Part shown: piece after piece, positions 41,001 to 52,050 of the stretch | Position numbering within the stretch: position 1 is the first letter of the stretch | Layout of the letters: each line of letters starts with the position of its first letter | Position numbers and translations under genes: made by a program | The notes under the pieces: model-generated | The model's input: the letters and a program-made list of their open reading frames with translations, nothing else | Database searches by the model: none | Told to the model about the DNA's origin: nothing | Source of the DNA: Trueperaceae bacterium | GTDB taxonomy: Bacteria; Deinococcota; Deinococci; Deinococcales; Trueperaceae | Assembly: GCA_034520945.1 (NCBI GenBank) | Contig: JAXHNB010000005.1 | Span: 608,001 to 672,000 of the forward strand | DNA length: 64,000 nt | Reading direction: 5' to 3'

Positions 41001-42509
41001 ATGCTCATCCGTACGGTGTTCTGTACCCGCCTCGGCGTGCGCGTCTGCGCCGCCGTCGCCGCCCTGGCCGTCGTCATCGGCACAGCCTCGGCGCAGACCC
41101 TTCGCGTCGGCATCGAGACCCCCGTCCAGTTGGACCCGGCCTTCGCGTCGGCCGATTCCGAGATCCTGGTCGTCTCCAACGTGTACGACTACCTGGTCGA
41201 GATCGACGCGTCCAACGACATTCAGCCCGGCCTGGCCGAATCGTGGACCGTGTCCGAGGACGGCACCACCTGGACCTTCACCCTACGAGAGGGCGTCACC
41301 TTCCACGACGGCAGCGACTTCACCGCCGAGGACGTGGTGTGGACGTTCGAACGGCTGGCCGACCCAGATGCCGACCTGCCCACCAGCGACCTGTACGCCG
41401 GCGTCACCTCCGTGGAGGCGACGGGCACGCACGAGGTCACCTTCACGCTGGAGGAGCCCAACCCCTTCTTCTTGTACGATCTGTCCGACAACCACGCCGT
41501 GATCACGCCGGCGGGGTCGAGCGACCTGGCCGAGACGTTCACCGGAACGGGTCCATTCGAAGTCACGTCGTACGCCGCTGAGGACCGCATGGTGCTGGCC
41601 GCCAACGAGGACTCCTTCGCCGGTGCGCCCGGCGTGGACGAGATCGAACTGATCTTCTTCTCCCAGCAGTCCGCCGCCGTCAACGCGCTGCGGGGCGGGC
41701 AGGTGGACGTGGTGATGCGCATGTCCACGCCGCTGTACCAGAGCCTGGAGGGCGCGCCCGGCGTGGAACGCGTCCGCGTGCCGACCAACGGCTTCGATCT
41801 GGTGCGGCTGCGCACCGATCGTGAGCCCGGCAGCGATCCCCGCGTGGTGCAGGCCCTGAAGCTGGCGGTCGACCGCGAAACGATCGTCGAGGTCGTCACC
41901 GACGGCCTGGGCGAGTTGGGCGCCGACAATCCCGTCGGCCCGCTGTACGAGGCGTACCACCTGCCCGAGCTGACGCCGCCCGCCCGCGACGTCGATCGTG
42001 CCCGTGAGCTGCTGGCCGAGGCCGGCTACGAGGACGGTTTGGAGCTGGTGCTGCACGTGCCCGACAGCGGCGACCGGCCCGACCTGGCGGTGGTGCTGAA
42101 GGAACAGCTCGACGAGGCCGGCTTCGACATCGAGGTCCGCCTGCAGCCCGAGAGCGTCTACTACGGCGACGGCGGCTGGCTGGAGGTCGACTTCGGCATC
42201 ACCGGCTGGGGCTCGCGGCCGGTGCCGCAGTTCTACTTCGACACCATGATCGCCTGCGACGCCCAATGGAACGAGGCGCACTACTGCAACGACGAGGTCG
42301 ACGCCTTGATCGAGACGGCCGGCACCACGCTGGACGAGGAGGAACGCACCGAAGCCTACGGCGAGCTGCAACGCATCCTGGCCGCCGAAGGGCCGTACGT
42401 GATCCCCTACTTCTTCCCGCAGTTCGGCGCCGTCCGCGAGGGCGTCCAGGGCTTCGACATGAAGGCGTTCCCGGGCCGCACCGACCTGGCCACCATCACC
42501 CTCGAGTGA
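41001..42509 (+). CDS. Peptide/nickel-type ABC substrate-binding protein
   Basis: GAGGAGG RBS; signal peptide; WTFTLREGVTFHDGSDFTAEDVVWTFER, GTGPF. Confidence 0.92.
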   Translation: MLIRTVFCTRLGVRVCAAVAALAVVIGTASAQTLRVGIETPVQLDPAFASADSEILVVSNVYDYLVEIDASNDIQPGLAESWTVSEDGTTWTFTLREGVTFHDGSDFTAEDVVWTFERLADPDADLPTSDLYAGVTSVEATGTHEVTFTLEEPNPFFLYDLSDNHAVITPAGSSDLAETFTGTGPFEVTSYAAEDRMVLAANEDSFAGAPGVDEIELIFFSQQSAAVNALRGGQVDVVMRMSTPLYQSLEGAPGVERVRVPTNGFDLVRLRTDREPGSDPRVVQALKLAVDRETIVEVVTDGLGELGADNPVGPLYEAYHLPELTPPARDVDRARELLAEAGYEDGLELVLHVPDSGDRPDLAVVLKEQLDEAGFDIEVRLQPESVYYGDGGWLEVDFGITGWGSRPVPQFYFDTMIACDAQWNEAHYCNDEVDALIETAGTTLDEEERTEAYGELQRILAAEGPYVIPYFFPQFGAVREGVQGFDMKAFPGRTDLATITLE

Positions 42510-43393
42510 CCCCCGGCGCGGGTACGCACGGCGTATCCGCATCCGCACGGCGCGCGCCCCTCGCGGGCGTCCGCGCCGTGCTGCGGGAGTTGTACGCCCG
42601 GCCCGCCAGCGCGACCGGCACCACGCTGGTCGCGCTGTTCGCCCTGATGGCGCTGGTCGGGCCCTACGTGGCGCCCTACGGCCCCACCGAGCAGATCCTC
42701 GCGGAGCGCTCACAGGCGCCGGGCCTCGAGCACTGGTTCGGCACCGACCGGCTGGGCCGCGACGTGTTCAGCCGAATCGTACGCGGCGCGCGCGACATCT
42801 TCGCCTTGGCCGGTGGCGGCACCGCCCTCGCCGTCCTGGCCGGCACGCTGAGTGGCCTGCTCACCAGCACGCTCGGCGGGTGGTGGGAGGAGATCACCTT
42901 CCGCGTCTACGACGCGCTGCTGGCCATCCCGGCGCTGCTGCTGGCGTTGCTGTTGCTGGGCACGCTGGGGCCGTCCCGCAACAGCGTGCTGCTGGTGATC
43001 GCGGTCGCCTACACCCCGATCGTGGCGCGCGTGGTGCGCAGCGTCGTGCTCAGCGTCAAGACGCGCGACTGGGTGGCCGCCGCCCGCATGCAGGGCGAGC
43101 CGTTGCCGTGGATCCTCAGCCGCGAGATCCTGCCCAGCGTCCTGCCCGCCCTGGCGGTCGAATCCGCGCTGCGCTTCAGCTACGCCATCTTTCTCGTCGC
43201 CTCGCTGGGGTTCCTCGGTGTCGGGGTCCAACCGCCCAACCCGGACTGGGGCCTCATGGTCAGCGAGGCCCGCGATTATGTCTACCTGACGCCGTGGTCG
43301 CTGGCGTTCCCTGCCGCCGCCATCAGTCTGCTGGTGGTCTCCGTCAACCTCGCCGCCGACGGGCTGGGCCGGGCGCTGAGGGCCGACACGTGA
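42506..43393 (+). CDS. ABC permease (OppC/DppC-like)
   Basis: HWFGTDRLGRDVFSRI, LGFLGVGVQPPNPDWG. Confidence 0.92.
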   Translation: MTPGAGTHGVSASARRAPLAGVRAVLRELYARPASATGTTLVALFALMALVGPYVAPYGPTEQILAERSQAPGLEHWFGTDRLGRDVFSRIVRGARDIFALAGGGTALAVLAGTLSGLLTSTLGGWWEEITFRVYDALLAIPALLLALLLLGTLGPSRNSVLLVIAVAYTPIVARVVRSVVLSVKTRDWVAAARMQGEPLPWILSREILPSVLPALAVESALRFSYAIFLVASLGFLGVGVQPPNPDWGLMVSEARDYVYLTPWSLAFPAAAISLLVVSVNLAADGLGRALRADT

Positions 43394-45447
43394 GTGCCGG
43401 CCTCGACGTCCGCGGCCTCACCGTGCGGTACGGAGACGCGCAGCACGGGGTCGAGGTGGTCCGCGACGTCGATTTGCGTGTCGCGCCGGGGCAGACGGTC
43501 GGCCTGGTCGGCGAGTCCGGCAGCGGCAAGAGCACCCTGGCCCTCGCGGTGCTGCGGGCGCTCCCGGGCAACGGCGCCCTCGCCGCCGGCACGATCACAC
43601 TGGGCGGGGACGACGTCCTGGCGATGGACGCGGACACGCTGCGGCGCTTCTGGGGCCGCCGCGTGGCGCTGGTGCCGCAGAACCCGCTGCCCTCCATGAA
43701 CCCGGCCCTCACCATCGGACGGCAGTTGGCCGAGGCGCTGGAGCCGGACGCGCCCCGCCACGCCGACCGCGACGCGATCAACGCCATGCTGGACCGGGTT
43801 GGCCTGCCCGACCCGCCGCGCGTGCGCGCCGCCTACCCCTTCGAGCTGTCCGGCGGGCAGCAGCAGCGCGTGATGATCGCCATGGCGCTGCTGACCCAGC
43901 CCGAGCTGCTGGTGATGGACGAGCCGACCACCAACCTGGACGTCACCACCGAGGCGGCCATCCTGAACCTGGTCCGAGACCTGGTACGCGACGTCGGCGC
44001 CGCCGTGCTGTACGTCAGCCACAGCCTCGGCGTCGTCGCGCAACTGTGCGACCGCGTCGACGTCCTCTACGCCGGTGAGCTGGTCGAGTCCGCCCCCGTG
44101 CGCGACCTGTACCGCGCGCCGCGGCACCCCTACACGTTGGGTCTGCTGGACGGCCTGCCGCGGCTGGGCCGCCGCAAGACCGACGCGCCGCTCCGGCCCA
44201 TTCCCGGCCGCATCCCCGCGCCTGAGGCGCTGCCGCCCGGCTGCGTGTTCGCGCCCCGCTGTCCCGCTGCCGAGGACGCCTGCCGCCAGGCGCGCCCCCC
44301 GCTGGAGGAGGCCGGCGAGGGACGCCGGGTCGCCTGCCGCCGGTGGCGGGAGATCGCGGACGGCGAGGCCTCCGCCCGCCAACGGCCGGGCGTCGATCCC
44401 GGCAGCCGCAAACCGTCCGGCGGCGTGGCGCTCCGCACCGAGGGCGCCGAGAAACGCTTCCCCTTGCGCCGCGGTCTGGCGGAGCGCCTGCGCGGCCGGC
44501 CCCGCAGGTCCGTGCACGCGCTGCAGGGCGTGGACGTCACCGTCCGCCGCGGTCGGACCCTCGGCCTGGTCGGCGAGTCCGGCAGCGGCAAGAGCACCCT
44601 GGCGCGGGCCGTGATCGGCCTCGGCCCCCTCAGCGAGGGGCGGATGGAGCTGCTGAACGTGCCGCTGGCGCGCCGCCTGGAACGCCGCGACGTCTCGGTG
44701 ATCCGCCAGTTGCAGATGGTGTTCCAGTCCAGCGACGAGGCGCTCAATCCGCACCGCACCGTCGGCTCGACCCTGCGGCGGCCGTTCATGCGGCTGGCCG
44801 GCCTGGCGCGCAGCGAGGCCGACCACCGCGTCGCGGCGCTGCTGGGTTCGGTGCAGCTGCCCGCCGAGTTCGCCGCCCGCACGCCGGACCAGCTGTCCGG
44901 CGGCGAGAAGCAACGCGTCGCGGTGGCGCGCGCGTTCGCGTCGGACCCGGAACTGATTTTGTTCGACGAGTCGATCTCGGGCCTGGACGTCAGCGTGCAG
45001 GCCGCGGTTCTGAACCTGCTGGCCGAACTGCAGGTCGACCGCCGCACCAGCTACCTGTTCATCAGCCACGACCTGGCGGTGGTGGCGCACCTGGCCGACG
45101 ACGTGACCGTCATGTACCTGGGGCAGGTGATGGAGTCCGGCACCACCGACGAGGTGCTGGCGCCGCCGTATCACCCCTACACCGAGGTGCTGCTGGCGTC
45201 GGTGCCGCGCGCCGACCCCGACGTGCCCAGCGACACGGTTCCCGTCCGCGGCGAGGTGCCCAGTCCGCTGGAGGCGCCCCGCGGCTGTCCGTTCGCGACG
45301 CGCTGCCCGCGCGTGCTGGGCGACGTGTGCTGGGAGGAACCGCCCCCCGAGCGGCACCCCAGCGAGGGGCACCGCATCCGCTGCCACATCCCCGTGGACG
45401 AGCTGCGCGCCGCGCAGGACGCGCAACTGAGCGAGGCCGACCGGTGA
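43390..45447 (+). CDS. Fused dual ABC ATP-binding protein (OppD-OppF-like)
   Basis: Two GESGSGKST motifs, two HPYT and two GC.F..RCP motifs. Confidence 0.93.
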   Translation: MSAGLDVRGLTVRYGDAQHGVEVVRDVDLRVAPGQTVGLVGESGSGKSTLALAVLRALPGNGALAAGTITLGGDDVLAMDADTLRRFWGRRVALVPQNPLPSMNPALTIGRQLAEALEPDAPRHADRDAINAMLDRVGLPDPPRVRAAYPFELSGGQQQRVMIAMALLTQPELLVMDEPTTNLDVTTEAAILNLVRDLVRDVGAAVLYVSHSLGVVAQLCDRVDVLYAGELVESAPVRDLYRAPRHPYTLGLLDGLPRLGRRKTDAPLRPIPGRIPAPEALPPGCVFAPRCPAAEDACRQARPPLEEAGEGRRVACRRWREIADGEASARQRPGVDPGSRKPSGGVALRTEGAEKRFPLRRGLAERLRGRPRRSVHALQGVDVTVRRGRTLGLVGESGSGKSTLARAVIGLGPLSEGRMELLNVPLARRLERRDVSVIRQLQMVFQSSDEALNPHRTVGSTLRRPFMRLAGLARSEADHRVAALLGSVQLPAEFAARTPDQLSGGEKQRVAVARAFASDPELILFDESISGLDVSVQAAVLNLLAELQVDRRTSYLFISHDLAVVAHLADDVTVMYLGQVMESGTTDEVLAPPYHPYTEVLLASVPRADPDVPSDTVPVRGEVPSPLEAPRGCPFATRCPRVLGDVCWEEPPPERHPSEGHRIRCHIPVDELRAAQDAQLSEADR

Positions 45448-46388
45448 GCGGCTACCTGCTCAGGCGCCTGGCGTTCCTGGCGCTCACGGTGTTCCTCACC
45501 TCGCTGCTGGTGTTCGCGGTCACGCAGTGGCTCCCGGGCGACCCGGCGCGCATCATCCTGGGTCGCGAGGCGGGACCGGCCGCCTTGGCCGAGCTGCGCA
45601 CCGAGCTGGGGCTGGACCGGCCCGCGCCGGTGCAGTACGCCCGCTGGTTGGGGGCGTTCCTGACGGGCGATTGGGGCGACAGCTACGCCAGCGGGCAGGC
45701 GATCCGCCCCCTGGTGCTGGATCGACTGGGAAACAGCATGCGCCTGGCCGGCCTCACGCTGCTGCTGGCGGTCCCGCTGGCCCTGGTGTTGGGGGTGATC
45801 GCGGCGATCTACGCCGAACGGTGGCCGGACACCGTGATCAGTGTCGGCAGCCTGGCGGTGGTGGGGCTCCCCGAGTTCGTGACCGGCCTGGTGCTGATCC
45901 AGGTGTTCTCGTTCCGGCTGGGGTGGTTGCCGGCCAACGCCTCGGTGTCGCCCGGCGCCGGCCTCATCGAGGTGCTGCCGCAGCTGGTGCTGCCGGCGGT
46001 GACCGCCACGCTGGTGATGCTGGCGTACGTGGCCCGGCTGACGCGCGCCAGCGTCCTCGAGGAGCTGGCCCGCCCCTACGTGCGCACCGCCCGGTTGAAG
46101 GGCGTGCACCCCCGGCAGGTGATGCTGCGCCACGTGCTACGCAACGCCCTGCTCCCGGCCATCACCGTGATCGCGATCAGCTTCGGTTGGCTGATCAGCG
46201 GCCTGATCGTGGTCGAGAACGTGTTCAACTACCCGGGCTTGGGCCGGCTGCTCACCTTCGCCATCGACCGTCGCGACCTGCCGCTGATGCAGGCGATCAC
46301 GCTGGTGGCGGTGGTGGCGTTCGCGCTGGCCAACCTGGCCGCCGACCTGGCGTACGCCGCCCTGAACCCGCGCATCCGCCTGGCCTGA
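45444..46388 (+). CDS. ABC permease (OppB/DppB-like)
   Basis: LPGDPA, YVRTARLKG, RHVLRNALLP, ENVFNYPGLG, NPRIR. Confidence 0.93.
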   Translation: MSGYLLRRLAFLALTVFLTSLLVFAVTQWLPGDPARIILGREAGPAALAELRTELGLDRPAPVQYARWLGAFLTGDWGDSYASGQAIRPLVLDRLGNSMRLAGLTLLLAVPLALVLGVIAAIYAERWPDTVISVGSLAVVGLPEFVTGLVLIQVFSFRLGWLPANASVSPGAGLIEVLPQLVLPAVTATLVMLAYVARLTRASVLEELARPYVRTARLKGVHPRQVMLRHVLRNALLPAITVIAISFGWLISGLIVVENVFNYPGLGRLLTFAIDRRDLPLMQAITLVAVVAFALANLAADLAYAALNPRIRLA

Positions 46389-46410
46389 CCCGCCCGGCCG
46401 GCCGGCCGCG

Positions 46411-48657
46411 TCAGTGCGACAGGCCGAAGCGGTCCGCCAGCCGGGCCAGCGGCGCCGGCAACCACCAGTTCAGCCGGCCCGCCAGCGTCATCACCGCGGG
46501 CACCAACGCCAACCGCACCAAGGTCGCGTCCAGCAGGATCGCCACCGCCAGGCCGACGCCGAGCGTCTTGATCAGCACCACCTCGCTGAAGAAGAACACG
46601 CTGAACACCACCAGCATCACGGTCGCCGCGCTGGTGATCACCCCGCCGGTGGTCTCGAGGGCGCTGGCGACGGCCTCGTGGTCCGACAGACCGCGTTCGT
46701 GCGCCTCGAAGATCCGGGCCACCAGAAACACCTCGTAGTCCATCGACAGGCCGAACACGATCGCGAACACGAACAGCGGCACGTTGGAGTCCACGATGCC
46801 CAGGCCCCCGTCGAGGCCCAGCAGCGGCGCGCCGACCCCCATCTGGAACACCAGCGTGATCACCCCGTACGACGCCGCCACCGTCAGCGCGTTCAGCACG
46901 ATCGACTTGATCGGGATCAGCACCGAGCGGAACGCCAGGCCCAGCAGCACCAGCGTCGCCGCGAACACCAACCCCAGCGTCAACGGGAAGCTGCTGTACA
47001 GCACGCGGCTCCAGGCGGCCTCGAACGCGGCGCTGCCGCCGATCTGCACCTCCAGGCCGTGCGACGCCGCCAGGCGCCGCGCCTCGGCCGCCAACCCGGC
47101 GCTCTCGGCCGGCGGCAGGTCACCGATCGGCACGACCTGCAGCTGTACGTAGCGCCCGTCCTGGCCGACGGTGGCGTCCACCAGCTCGGCGACGTCGCTG
47201 CTGCGGGCCAGGTCCTCGTCGATGTAGTACTGGAACAAAAACAACCGCGGCACGCCGGGCGCCGAGAACGGCGAGATCACCGAGCGCACCGGCTCCAGCG
47301 CCTCCAGGTCGCGGGTCAGGCGCGACACGCGACGCGGGGCGGACGGCCCGAAGAACCCCTCCTCGCCCATGTCCACCAGGACCGTGGTGGCGGACAGGAA
47401 CCCCCCCAGCTCCGCGTCCTCCAACGCCGTGACGGCCGTGCGCGCCTCGGTGCCGCGCGCCATGCCGCGCGGGCCGGGGTCGGCCAGCTGCATCCAAAAC
47501 GCTGGCAGCGCCAGCAGCACCAGCGCCGCCGTGCCCAGGACCGTGAACGTCCACGGCCGCGCCATGATCACCTCCGCCCGCCGCCGCCAGAACACGCGGG
47601 TCCTCGTGCCGGGCGTCCGGCGCGTCACCTTGAGCCAATCCACCCGGTGCCCCATCAACGCCAGCAGCGCGGGCAAGGCCGTCCAAGACACCAGGACGCT
47701 GGCACTCATCACGATCATGGTGCCCACGCCGACGCTGCGGACGTAGGGCAGCGGCGCGAGCAGCAACGCCGACAACGCCACCACCACCGTCAGGCCGCTG
47801 AAGGCCACCGCCTTGCCGGCGGTGGCGCCCGTCTCCTCGGCCGCGTCACGTGGGGTGCGGCCCGCCCGAAGCTCCTCGCGATAGCGGTTCACCGTCAACA
47901 GCGCGTAGTCGATCCCCGTCGCCAGGCCCAGCATGGTGACGATGCTCTGCGTGAACACCGCGAACGGGAACACCTGCCCCACCAGGAACACCCCGGCCAG
48001 CGCCACCGTGATGGTGGTCGCCGCCACCAACAACGGCAGGACCGACGCGACCAGCGCCCCGAAGGCTACGATCAGCACCAGCAGGCTGATCGGAAGCCCG
48101 AACGCCTCGCCGCGGCGCGTGTCCCGTGCGCTCACCTCCCGCAACTCCAACGTGGTGGCGGGCCCGCCGGCCATCGCCACCTCGAGCTCGGGCCTCGCCG
48201 CGGCCGCCTTGCGGATGGTCGCGACCGCCTGCCGCGCGGCGGTCCGATCCGGGCCGCCGAACGCCAGTTGCCCCAGAAAGGTGCCCTCCGCCGCGCGGGT
48301 CGGCACCAGGTCGCGGATGTCGCGCAGCGACGACACGGCGGGGAGGTGTCGCACGTCGGCGAGGAACGCGTCGAGGCGTGCCCGGTAGGCGTCGCTCTCG
48401 TCCGCGGCGCGGACGACGAGCACCACCGATACCGAATCGCCCCCCGAGAACTGGTCCGCCACGCGGGTCGCCACGCTGACCGCTTCCGTGTCGGCGCTCA
48501 GCGACGGCTCGGCGGTCAGCACCTCCCCGACGCGGGCGGCCAGCGGCAGGCTGAGCCCCAAAATCAACGCCCACAGGGCCAGCACGTAGCGCGGACGCCG
48601 CGCGGGAATGCGGGCCGCGCGCCTGAAGAAGCCGGTCGGGGGTCGTCCTGGGTTCAT
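46411..48657 (-). CDS. MMPL/RND family lipid transporter
   Basis: GLATGIDYALL.VNRYREEL, TAGKAVAFSG, FGLSMDYEVFLVARI.E, DATLVR..LVPAVM. Confidence 0.93.
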   Translation of the reverse strand: MNPGRPPTGFFRRAARIPARRPRYVLALWALILGLSLPLAARVGEVLTAEPSLSADTEAVSVATRVADQFSGGDSVSVVLVVRAADESDAYRARLDAFLADVRHLPAVSSLRDIRDLVPTRAAEGTFLGQLAFGGPDRTAARQAVATIRKAAAARPELEVAMAGGPATTLELREVSARDTRRGEAFGLPISLLVLIVAFGALVASVLPLLVAATTITVALAGVFLVGQVFPFAVFTQSIVTMLGLATGIDYALLTVNRYREELRAGRTPRDAAEETGATAGKAVAFSGLTVVVALSALLLAPLPYVRSVGVGTMIVMSASVLVSWTALPALLALMGHRVDWLKVTRRTPGTRTRVFWRRRAEVIMARPWTFTVLGTAALVLLALPAFWMQLADPGPRGMARGTEARTAVTALEDAELGGFLSATTVLVDMGEEGFFGPSAPRRVSRLTRDLEALEPVRSVISPFSAPGVPRLFLFQYYIDEDLARSSDVAELVDATVGQDGRYVQLQVVPIGDLPPAESAGLAAEARRLAASHGLEVQIGGSAAFEAAWSRVLYSSFPLTLGLVFAATLVLLGLAFRSVLIPIKSIVLNALTVAASYGVITLVFQMGVGAPLLGLDGGLGIVDSNVPLFVFAIVFGLSMDYEVFLVARIFEAHERGLSDHEAVASALETTGGVITSAATVMLVVFSVFFFSEVVLIKTLGVGLAVAILLDATLVRLALVPAVMTLAGRLNWWLPAPLARLADRFGLSH

Positions 48658-49403
48658 CACACGCCGGCGAAGCTGGCGATGCGTGCACGCGCGCCTTCCT
48701 CCCGCGCATCCACCTCGCCCGCGACACTGCCGTCGCGGAGGAACACGATCCGGTCCGCCACCAAGGCGGCGTTCGGGTCGTGCGTGACCATCACCACCGT
48801 CCAGCCCTGATCATCGACGCCGTGGCGCAACAGGTCCAGCACCTCGCCCCCGGTGGCGGTGTCCAGGTTCCCGGTCGGCTCGTCCGCCAGCAGCAGCAGC
48901 GGGTCGTTGATCAACGCCCGCGCCAGCGAGACGCGCTGCCGCTGACCGCCCGAGAGCTGCGCCGGCCGGTGCGAGAGGCGGTCCTCGATGCCCAAGCGCC
49001 GCGCCAGCTCCGGCAGGCGACGCGCCGCCTCGGCGCCGCGACCCGCCACCTCGGCGGGAAGCAGCACGTTCTCGCGCGCCGTCAGGTTCGGGATCAGCTC
49101 GAAGGTCTGGAACACGAACCCGATCCGCTGCCGGCGCAGCAGGGTGAGCTGGTCGTCGTCCATGCCGCCCACGTCGGCGCCGCCGATACGCACGGTGCCG
49201 GTGTCGGGCGGCTCCAGCAGGCCCACCAGGTACAGCAGCGTCGACTTGCCGCTGCCCGAGGGGCCCATCACCGCAATGAACTCGCCGGGCGCGACCCGAA
49301 GCGACACGTCGCGAAGGGCATGGATGCGCGCCTCGCCCATGCGGTACGACTTGGCCAGCTCGCGGGCGTCCAGGACGAGGTCGTCGGGGGTGGGGCGCGT
49401 CAT
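48657..49403 (-). CDS. LolD/MacB-type ABC ATP-binding protein
   Basis: GPSGSGKSTLL, IGFVFQ, LSGGQRQRV, ADEPTGNLD, VTHDP. Confidence 0.93.
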   Translation of the reverse strand: MTRPTPDDLVLDARELAKSYRMGEARIHALRDVSLRVAPGEFIAVMGPSGSGKSTLLYLVGLLEPPDTGTVRIGGADVGGMDDDQLTLLRRQRIGFVFQTFELIPNLTARENVLLPAEVAGRGAEAARRLPELARRLGIEDRLSHRPAQLSGGQRQRVSLARALINDPLLLLADEPTGNLDTATGGEVLDLLRHGVDDQGWTVVMVTHDPNAALVADRIVFLRDGSVAGEVDAREEGARARIASFAGV

Positions 49404-51958
49404 TCGGTACCTCTCAGCGCGACGATGGGGGCCAGCCTCCCGGCGCGGCGGGCGGGCAAAAGCGAGGCGAGAAGCCCGACCGCGGGCGAGGCGGCCAGGG
49501 CGATCCCCACCAGCCGCCACGGCACCACGGGATCGATGGCGTAGCCGGTCAGCGCCGAGGCGCCGGCCGTCACGACATCGGCCAACAGCAGACCGAACGC
49601 CACGCCGAGAATGCTACCCGTGATCACCACCACGATGCCCTCCGCCATGACGACGCGTCGGATCCCCGCGCGGGTCATGCCGAAAGTGCGCAACATCGCC
49701 AACTCGCGACCGCGCACCACGAGGTTCATGCCCAACGTGTTGGCCACCCCCAGCGCGGCGATGATCACGGCCAGCACCAGCAGCATGTGGGTCGCGACGA
49801 ACGTGCGGTTGGACAGGGCGAGAATGCGATCCTGGTACGCCTGGTTCGGGGTGACGTCCAGGTACAGCTCGGGAAAGGCCGCGCCGAGGCGCTCCGCGAC
49901 CACGCCCGCCTCGCGCCCCTCCTCGACGGTCATCACGTACAGGTCGGGCGTGCCGCCCCCGAACCGTTCCATCTGCGCGATCGAGGCGACGAACGCCTCG
50001 CCGCCGCCGGTGAAGTCGACCACCACCCCGCCGACCTCGAACGTCTGGAAGCCCTCCTCGGTGCGGAGCTCGACCTCGCTGCCCACGCCGAGGTCGAAGC
50101 GCCTGCGCATGGTGCTGGCGGCCAGCACCCCGTCCGGCGAGGTGAGCGCCTGGTAGCCGGCCCGATCATCGCCTTGGCCCTGGACGTACTGGAAGCGACC
50201 GAACCCCTCGTCGGGGTGGAACCGGTCCGTGTCGACCAGCACCAGCGCCACAGTGCGGCCCCGCGGTTGGTCCTCGGGGCGGAAGCGGACGGCGCGAAGG
50301 CCCACCCCGGACACCACGTCGATCCCCTCGACCGCGCGGGCCCGCTCGGCGAACGTCTCTGGGAACGACACCGGCGACGTCACGAACAGGTCGCCCACCA
50401 CGGTGGTCTCCACCCAATCCTCGAGCTCCTGATTGATGCCGGCGATCAGCGCGCCGACGCCCACCACCAGGCCGGTCCCGATGATCACGGTGCCGATCGC
50501 GACGCCGTTGCGGCTGGCGCTGCGCTCCGCGAACGACGCGCCCAGCCGTCCCGCCACGCCCAGCACGCGCGCCAGGAGCGGCCCCATCACCCGCAGCGCG
50601 GGCCTGAGGAGGCTCTGCGCCGCCAGCGCCGTCCCCACCGCGAACGACACCATCGCCAGCCCGGCACCGGCCAGCGCGGCGTACCCCTCCCACGGAAGGC
50701 GCGTCACGATCACGGCCAGCGCCACCAACGCCCAACCGAGACCGGTACGGGCCGGCGCGGTGGCGGTGTCCGAGCGGCGCCACGCCGCCAGTGGCGAGTA
50801 CGCCGAGGCGCTGCGGGCCGGCAGCACCCCCGCCAGCAGCGACACGGCGAAGCCGAGCAGCACCGAGGCGATGACCGACCAGGCCGGCACCACCAACGTG
50901 TGCACCTGGTAGCCGAGGCCGACCGCGTTCACGCGGGTGAGGACCCACGCCAACGCCACGCCCATGGCGATCCCGACCCCCGCCCCCAGCGCGCTGAGGA
51001 GGGCGGCCTCGACCAGCGCCAGGCGCTGCACGTCGCGCCGGCGCATGGCGATGGTGCGCAACAGGGCGTACTCGCGGGTGCGTTCCACCACGCCGGCCAT
51101 GAAGGTGGCGTACGCCATGAACCCGCCCAACGCCAACAGGGTCACCGCCAGCACCAGCATCCCGGACTGCAGGGTCTGCACGATACCGCCGGCGACCTCG
51201 CCGGTTCCGGCCGGCGACGCCACCGCGTACGACGCGTCCAGGCGGGAGGTCAGGGCCTCTTTCACCTCCCGCGTGAGGGCACCGTCCGCCAGCAGCACCT
51301 CCAGGTGCGAGATGCGACCCTCCAGGCGCATCACCTCCTGCAGCGTCTCCAGGTGGGTGATGGCGACGCGCGCGCCGTTGGTGGCGGCGTAGCCTTCCGA
51401 TGCGTCCATCAGCCCGACGATCTCGAGGTCGACCTCCCCGAAGCGGGTCGCGAACGTCATCACGTCGCCGATCGCGAGATCGCGGCCGCCTGCGAACGCG
51501 TCGGTGATCGCCAGGGTGTCTTCGCCCGCCTCGGGCCACCGGCCCGCGGACAGCGTAGCGGGAAGGGCAGCCGGACGCTCGGTGTGGCGCCCGGACACCT
51601 GAAACCCGCTGTCGACGCCCGGCACGACCGAGCGTTCGAAGTCCTCGACGTCGCGCACCGGCTCGATCCGGACGTTGAGGACCGGTTCGAACCGCGCCAC
51701 GCCCGGCGTGCCGGCCACGCGCTCCCGCAGCGGCTCCGCCTCCATCACCGCGCGGCCCTGCGCACCGGGGGTGATCAACAGCTCCGCCGGGCCGGCCGCG
51801 GCCTCCAAGCCGGCCTGCACGTTGGCGCGGACGTTGGCGCCGACCGATAGAGTCGCCAGCACGGCGGCGATGCCCAGCGCCACGCCCAGGATGGTGGCCA
51901 GGGTGCGCCAGGGATGGCGAATCAGATTGCGCGCGGCCAAACGAAGCAGGATCGGCAT
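49400..51958 (-). CDS. FtsX-like/MacB-family ABC permease (duplicated)
   Basis: RNLIRHPWRTLATILGVALGIA, ERTREYALLRTI, second repeat RGRELAMLRTFGMTR, LLPARRA. Confidence 0.9.
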   Translation of the reverse strand: MPILLRLAARNLIRHPWRTLATILGVALGIAAVLATLSVGANVRANVQAGLEAAAGPAELLITPGAQGRAVMEAEPLRERVAGTPGVARFEPVLNVRIEPVRDVEDFERSVVPGVDSGFQVSGRHTERPAALPATLSAGRWPEAGEDTLAITDAFAGGRDLAIGDVMTFATRFGEVDLEIVGLMDASEGYAATNGARVAITHLETLQEVMRLEGRISHLEVLLADGALTREVKEALTSRLDASYAVASPAGTGEVAGGIVQTLQSGMLVLAVTLLALGGFMAYATFMAGVVERTREYALLRTIAMRRRDVQRLALVEAALLSALGAGVGIAMGVALAWVLTRVNAVGLGYQVHTLVVPAWSVIASVLLGFAVSLLAGVLPARSASAYSPLAAWRRSDTATAPARTGLGWALVALAVIVTRLPWEGYAALAGAGLAMVSFAVGTALAAQSLLRPALRVMGPLLARVLGVAGRLGASFAERSASRNGVAIGTVIIGTGLVVGVGALIAGINQELEDWVETTVVGDLFVTSPVSFPETFAERARAVEGIDVVSGVGLRAVRFRPEDQPRGRTVALVLVDTDRFHPDEGFGRFQYVQGQGDDRAGYQALTSPDGVLAASTMRRRFDLGVGSEVELRTEEGFQTFEVGGVVVDFTGGGEAFVASIAQMERFGGGTPDLYVMTVEEGREAGVVAERLGAAFPELYLDVTPNQAYQDRILALSNRTFVATHMLLVLAVIIAALGVANTLGMNLVVRGRELAMLRTFGMTRAGIRRVVMAEGIVVVITGSILGVAFGLLLADVVTAGASALTGYAIDPVVPWRLVGIALAASPAVGLLASLLPARRAGRLAPIVALRGTE

Positions 51959-52050
51959 GGGATACGACTCTCCAGGCGGCGGGGCGCCGCCGACCGCACT
52001 ACTTGTACCATCGCGTCCCACGCCCCCCGTGCAGGCTAGGATGGCAGTCG

